DNA of 64,000 nucleotides from an uncultured Chloroflexota bacterium (lineage in GTDB: Bacteria > Chloroflexota > Dehalococcoidia > GIF9 > AB-539-J10): contig CAISEW010000037.1 in the NCBI GenBank assembly GCA_903884455.1, forward strand, positions 80,161 through 144,160. Direction: 5' to 3'. Under the pieces are notes generated by a model that saw only the letters and a program-made list of their open reading frames with translations, was not told where the DNA came from and did no database searches. Position numbers and translations under genes: made by a program. Within the stretch, counting starts at the first letter, position 1, and each line of letters starts with the position of its first letter. Positions 60,136 through 64,000 of this stretch are shown in pieces.

Positions 60136-61284
60136 CTAATTCTCAAAAGGTATGTCTGTCGGCTCCGGGGTTGGCTCGACTTCTTGAAACTTGTCAATCG
60201 ACTCTTTTAGAGAATCCTTCCAGAATCCTTCATAAATTTGCACGGCATAATCTGCAAGCTCATAGAAGCGTTTGTCGCCCGCCTTCAAATACTTGTCAAT
60301 TGTACTTACAGCTAGATTCGCCAAAGCTGTGCCTTGCATTTCGCTCAGGGTGGACAATAATGGGTCGCTGAAGTACTCAAATACATAGTCTTGCTCATTC
60401 CTATTCGAAGACTTAAGTTTTTTCAGAAGTGCCCAAATGAAATCGTTTTTCATGAGGAATACGTGCAGATGTTCGTTGCACCACGTTCCGAATGCTCCCT
60501 TGATACACTTACCAGAGGACTTGATATACTCTCCTTCAGCAACTGACTGGAGGAACCTATTCTCACTTCTCAATTTCGCTGATTCATCTAAACGCGTCCA
60601 GAATTCAATCGGAAAAATTCTCGTTGAGAATCGCACCGAATCGTTGGAGTCGGTGCGATTCAATTCCTCCGACACGACTTCTGCTAGTTTTGACATCTCA
60701 TCTTCTTCTAGCTTTGCTACAAGAACCTCACCAAATAGTATTAGTTTTCTGATTTCTCCCTTTTCTTTTCTTCTATAAACCTCTATCATCACATCCAGCC
60801 TCTGCTTGGGAGGGATTATCTGCACGAGTAACTCTGCGTATCTTTTTCTTTCGACAAAAGAGGGGTCGAAAACTCTGTCCAAGAACTCAGTTTTGGAGAA
60901 TGCACCCTTGGCGCCTCCTATTATTCTCAGAAGATAATCGATGAAAAAAATTATCGCATCAGCATCTTCCTTTGTGTCAACATGCTTTCCATGACTTCTC
61001 GGATTGCGGATACTTTGATACAACCCTAACAATAAGTTCTCCGTTCCTTTTTGAATGCTGCGCTCGGATTCTGTCTGCAATTTGTTGACTTTCAATTTCG
61101 GTGATTTGCCGCCGAGAGCTTGCCCAACCAATGCAACACCGTCACTTTGGAGGCCTGCCTTTTCTCTGATACAGTCCCCCAAATAGTACATGGCATCTAG
61201 TATTGCGCCGGTATAGTTACCGGATTCATACGCAGCCTCAATTGCAGCCCATAGGGGTTCAGCTAAGCCCGTCTTTAAACTCAT
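60136..61284 (-). CDS. HEPN-motif protein (N-terminal TIGR02391/Abi-like domain with R-x4-H motif RNPRSH) plus ~250-aa uncharacterised C-terminal domain
   Basis: 382 aa; N-terminal ~130 aa with a conserved ...LLGLYQSIRNPRSHG... HEPN Rx4-6H signature; low GC. Confidence 0.55.
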   Translation of the reverse strand: MSLKTGLAEPLWAAIEAAYESGNYTGAILDAMYYLGDCIREKAGLQSDGVALVGQALGGKSPKLKVNKLQTESERSIQKGTENLLLGLYQSIRNPRSHGKHVDTKEDADAIIFFIDYLLRIIGGAKGAFSKTEFLDRVFDPSFVERKRYAELLVQIIPPKQRLDVMIEVYRRKEKGEIRKLILFGEVLVAKLEEDEMSKLAEVVSEELNRTDSNDSVRFSTRIFPIEFWTRLDESAKLRSENRFLQSVAEGEYIKSSGKCIKGAFGTWCNEHLHVFLMKNDFIWALLKKLKSSNRNEQDYVFEYFSDPLLSTLSEMQGTALANLAVSTIDKYLKAGDKRFYELADYAVQIYEGFWKDSLKESIDKFQEVEPTPEPTDIPFEN

Positions 61285-61446
61285 TTCGATTCCTTTAAAT
61301 CAATTCACTCAATCTCAGAAGTCGCTTCATAAGTGCTGCAATTCTTTCTGTGTAAGAGAGGATAAATTCCGCGTTTGTTTGTCCACGAAAGTATTATAAC
61401 ATAACATTGAGACTAATTCATGTCTTGAATGCTACAATAGGTAAAC

Positions 61447-61560
61447 ATGGAGAAAAAAGACGAATTAACAGAAGCTTTAAAAGCTATCAAGAATATAGCG
61501 GATAATACATCTTGGTTTAGAGATACTCCTCACTACTGGGCATTTGTCTTATTTGAATAA
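61447..61560 (+). CDS. possible small ORF (37 aa, MEKKDELTEALKAIKNIADNTSWFRDTPHYWAFVLFE)
   Basis: Below the ORF-track cutoff; preceded by an extended -10-like TGCTACAAT (61431-61439) and followed 26 bp later by the next gene; could be a leader peptide or a spurious ORF. Confidence 0.2.
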   Translation: MEKKDELTEALKAIKNIADNTSWFRDTPHYWAFVLFE

Positions 61561-61586
61561 GCCAAAATCTAAGGGGGTAAAGAATA

Positions 61587-61952
61587 ATGATTCAAGAAGG
61601 ATACCGTAGTAAGGCAACAAAATGGGGTAATTATACAGTTAGAAAAGTGGTACGACTTAATAAACCTGTAGAATGCTTCAGCAAAGACAAAGGGAGGGCC
61701 CTTTTCAACCCTACAATGGTTAAACTTGAGTGGGATGTTCCACCTTCAGGCGATAAGAATGAATTCTGGTTCCCATACTGGATTACCTGGGTTGATGTTG
61801 ATGGCAAGGAGAGATATGGGCAATATTCTCCCATGATTGGTGAGAAAGCCTTACTTGAACTTTTGAAGGGTGCAATAGTGCAGGACTTCTTTAGTAGAGA
61901 TTTTTTGCACGACTTGAATGCTACTATTTCACAAAAGTTAGGTAATAAATGA
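61587..61952 (+). CDS. hypothetical protein (121 aa)
   Basis: ORF with AAGGGGGT RBS 8 nt upstream of the ATG; no recognisable motifs; upstream of the PLD nuclease gene. Confidence 0.4.
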   Translation: MIQEGYRSKATKWGNYTVRKVVRLNKPVECFSKDKGRALFNPTMVKLEWDVPPSGDKNEFWFPYWITWVDVDGKERYGQYSPMIGEKALLELLKGAIVQDFFSRDFLHDLNATISQKLGNK

Positions 61953-62108
61953 GTGTAATAGATGTCTTCTATGCTTAGATTTGGTTTATTAATCCATGCA
62001 AGAGACTAAACCCCTTATGTGACCTCACCAAATCATCAATAGTTCTTTTATGCCATAAATTCCTTACTAAGCTTGCACTATTGGGATTGACTCTCTAAAC
62101 TATTAAGC

Positions 62109-62852
62109 GTGGCAACGTTCTTGACAACTCGAGGCACCATATCTGAATTAGAGAAGATTATCAACAATGCGGTAGATGGTGTTGCATTGATATCTCCATT
62201 TATAAAGATACCTGATAGCTTATTCCAAAATCTAAAAGCGGCTGACCAACGAGGTGTAAGAATATCGATAGTATACGGCAAGAGTCAACTTGAGCCGGAA
62301 ACATCAAAACGGCTTACGGAGTTGAGAAATGCAAGGCTATATTTCCTTGAGAATCTACATGCCAAGTGCTATTTCAACGAAAGGTCGATGGTGATAACCT
62401 CCCTGAATCTATACGACTCTTCCGAGGTAAACAACCGGGAAATGGGTGTACTGGTAACTAAACAGGAGGACGAAGCCGTCTACAATGGAGCAATCCGAGA
62501 ATCGGGGATGATAATTGCTCTGGCTGACCGGTGTGATTTAAGTGCACAAGTTGCTAAGCAGAAAAAGGCCCGCCTGCGAAAACAGAGAGGAATAAATGAG
62601 CCTGAGGGTACTTGGCGCAGGGGCCCATCCAATGTTTTTTCAGCATTTTTCGGTAGAAATAACGCCTTCTGTATAGGTTGCAGAACAAAGATTGATTTCG
62701 ACGAGTATAGGCCATATTGCGTCGCATGTTACGCTAAGTGGGCACACGATAACTGGCAAGAAGCAAAGTACTGTCATGAATGTGGTCGAGAGTCAATAAC
62801 CACTATTAATAAGCCTCGATGCCGTTCTTGTTATGGAGAAGCTTCGAAATAA
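62109..62852 (+). CDS. PLD-family (single HKD motif) nuclease with C-terminal double zinc ribbon
   Basis: 247 aa; HKD-like motif LHAKCYFNERSMVITSLNL (HxK-x4-E-x6-TSxN); C-terminal CIGC...CVAC and CHEC...CRSC Cys pairs; start codon (GTG at 62109) uncertain. Confidence 0.6.
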   Translation: MATFLTTRGTISELEKIINNAVDGVALISPFIKIPDSLFQNLKAADQRGVRISIVYGKSQLEPETSKRLTELRNARLYFLENLHAKCYFNERSMVITSLNLYDSSEVNNREMGVLVTKQEDEAVYNGAIRESGMIIALADRCDLSAQVAKQKKARLRKQRGINEPEGTWRRGPSNVFSAFFGRNNAFCIGCRTKIDFDEYRPYCVACYAKWAHDNWQEAKYCHECGRESITTINKPRCRSCYGEASK

Positions 62853-62971
62853 TTTCAGATATTGTCCACTGGACTATACCTCTTATGTGCCTCTATCGCA
62901 TCATAGCATCCCACAGCCTGGCAATATTGATTAGTCACCATCAACGTTAACAGAAAGCCTACCTCAAATTA

Positions 62972-63199
62972 CTATCTTCTGTTTCTAATAGCTTCAATTA
63001 CTGAAAGAAGAACTCCGACACCTATGAGAGGGTAACCTATCCGACGAGAATCACCGAAAATAATCCCCAGAACCACTAAGCACATACCAAGTATAGCGAG
63101 GTTTGAGGGTTGTTGATATTGCCTTCCCCTGGCTATAAGCAAAAGCACCACAATAACGACCAGGGCAACGATTGAAATGGCAATCCACACTGGTTCCAT
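62972..63199 (-). CDS. small membrane protein (2 TM)
   Basis: 75 aa, two hydrophobic helices separated by RGRQYQQ; GGAGG-containing RBS upstream of the ATG. Confidence 0.3.
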   Translation of the reverse strand: MEPVWIAISIVALVVIVVLLLIARGRQYQQPSNLAILGMCLVVLGIIFGDSRRIGYPLIGVGVLLSVIEAIRNRR

Positions 63200-63276
63200 G
63201 AATACCTCCTTTTAGAAGTACTGGCTACTTTCAAAAATTATAGCACTGAGGGCAAAGCGAAGATAGATTATTACCA

Positions 63277-63299
63277 GGAAAAAACATCGGGATGTATGT
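63277..63299. repeat. second copy of the 23-bp direct repeat (GGAAAAAACATCGGGATGTATGT)
   Basis: Matches 59975-59997. Confidence 0.55.
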
Positions 63300-63505
63300 T
63301 AACCCATGATAAAAACTATTTGCAGTCATGTCAACTGGCCTCACCTGTCCCTCCGGGGTTTGACCTTAAACATCGCAACGAACTCGTAGGTATTGGAAAT
63401 GGCTAAAGTGACCAACACAATCAACTTCATCTAACCTGGGGTTTTGTGGCTTCGATTGCGGGTGCCTAAGGTGAGCTATCTTACTTTCGAAATGACGCTC
63501 TGTGT

Positions 63506-63552
63506 CACAAGTAAGTATACTGACACTATATAAATGTCAGCTCTTACTTGTG
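63506..63552. repeat. nested palindrome CACAAGTAAG..CTGACA-n9-TGTCAG..CTTACTTGTG
   Basis: Seen directly; 10-bp outer and 6-bp inner inverted repeats with an AT-rich centre (TATATAAA); candidate operator or structured RNA. Confidence 0.5.
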
Positions 63553-63646
63553 TGATAGCCATCACACTGCAACGGCTCCATGACACTCAATACCCTCAAA
63601 GAGCATAGATTAGCATGGAAGCCACCAAAAAGATCGCCTACTAATC

Positions 63647-63796
63647 TTTGACTAGGTGGCTCTTGCCGATGCGGAAGATCTTGGTGCCACAAGCCGGGCA
63701 GATATCCCGAGTTGCCGGTCTGCCATTCTTCATGATTATGGCCTTGGGATTTTTCATCTCCCTCTTGGTCCTGCACTTAACACAATAAGCTTGCAT
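63647..63796 (-). CDS. small zinc-ribbon protein (DUF5679-like)
   Basis: 49-aa ORF MQAYCVKCRTKREMKNPKAIIMKNGRPATRDICPACGTKIFRIGKSHLV with a GGAGGTG RBS 6 nt upstream; CxxC...CxxC ribbon; preferred over the overlapping 79-aa ORF-track ORF in another frame. Confidence 0.55.
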
Positions 63797-64000
63797 TGGC
63801 CCACCTCCTTTTGATTACAAACGATATAGCATTCCCACCCACGATGTCAACTGTTTATCACAGGTTGCAGGTAAAACTCGTTCTCGTATCCAATATAAAG
63901 GTCACGTGGCTATAACTCGCCCCAGCAATCATCGCGATGGGGCTTCCCAGTCACACTCGTTTTCCGTTAGATAGAAGACAAAGAGATTTCTTATCATGCG

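Noticed and set aside
63537-63776. 79-aa minus-strand ORF from the ORF track
   Set aside because: It is in a different frame from the better-supported 49-aa zinc-ribbon ORF (63647-63796), has no RBS, and is low-complexity (Gln/His/Pro-rich).

Overview
This window is a low-to-moderate GC bacterial chromosome segment, mostly housekeeping genes. The gene content and the dcw cluster (mraZ-rsmH-ftsA-ftsZ with every mur/ftsI/ftsW gene absent) point to a peptidoglycan-less Chloroflexi/Dehalococcoidia-type organism. The core is syntenic. It holds a PyrR-attenuated pyrimidine operon (pyrR-pyrB(I)-pyrC-carA-carB-pyrK), trmD-rplS-priA, dnaX-ybaB-recR, gyrA, lysC, apgM, tRNA-Pro, asd, gatC-plsY-gatA, an EF-G paralog, etfBA, corA, coaX-coaBC, valS, polX, polA, a RelE/ParE toxin-antitoxin pair and fpg. 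The accessory content sits in three places. (1) A family of small palindromic MITE-like repeats occurs as intergenic clusters at about 48.25 kb and 51.8 kb. The clusters bracket three secreted-protein genes, and the same core is inserted in-frame into pyrK and carA. (2) A ~98-bp imperfect duplication of the fpg 3' end brackets one high-GC acyl-CoA-dehydrogenase-like gene. (3) Directly after that, a low-GC islet flanked by 23-bp direct repeats encodes a HEPN-motif protein, two small unknown proteins and a single-HKD PLD-family nuclease with a C-terminal double zinc ribbon. This looks like an undescribed defence module, followed by a small membrane protein and a DUF5679-like zinc-ribbon peptide. 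No rRNA and no CRISPR array were seen.
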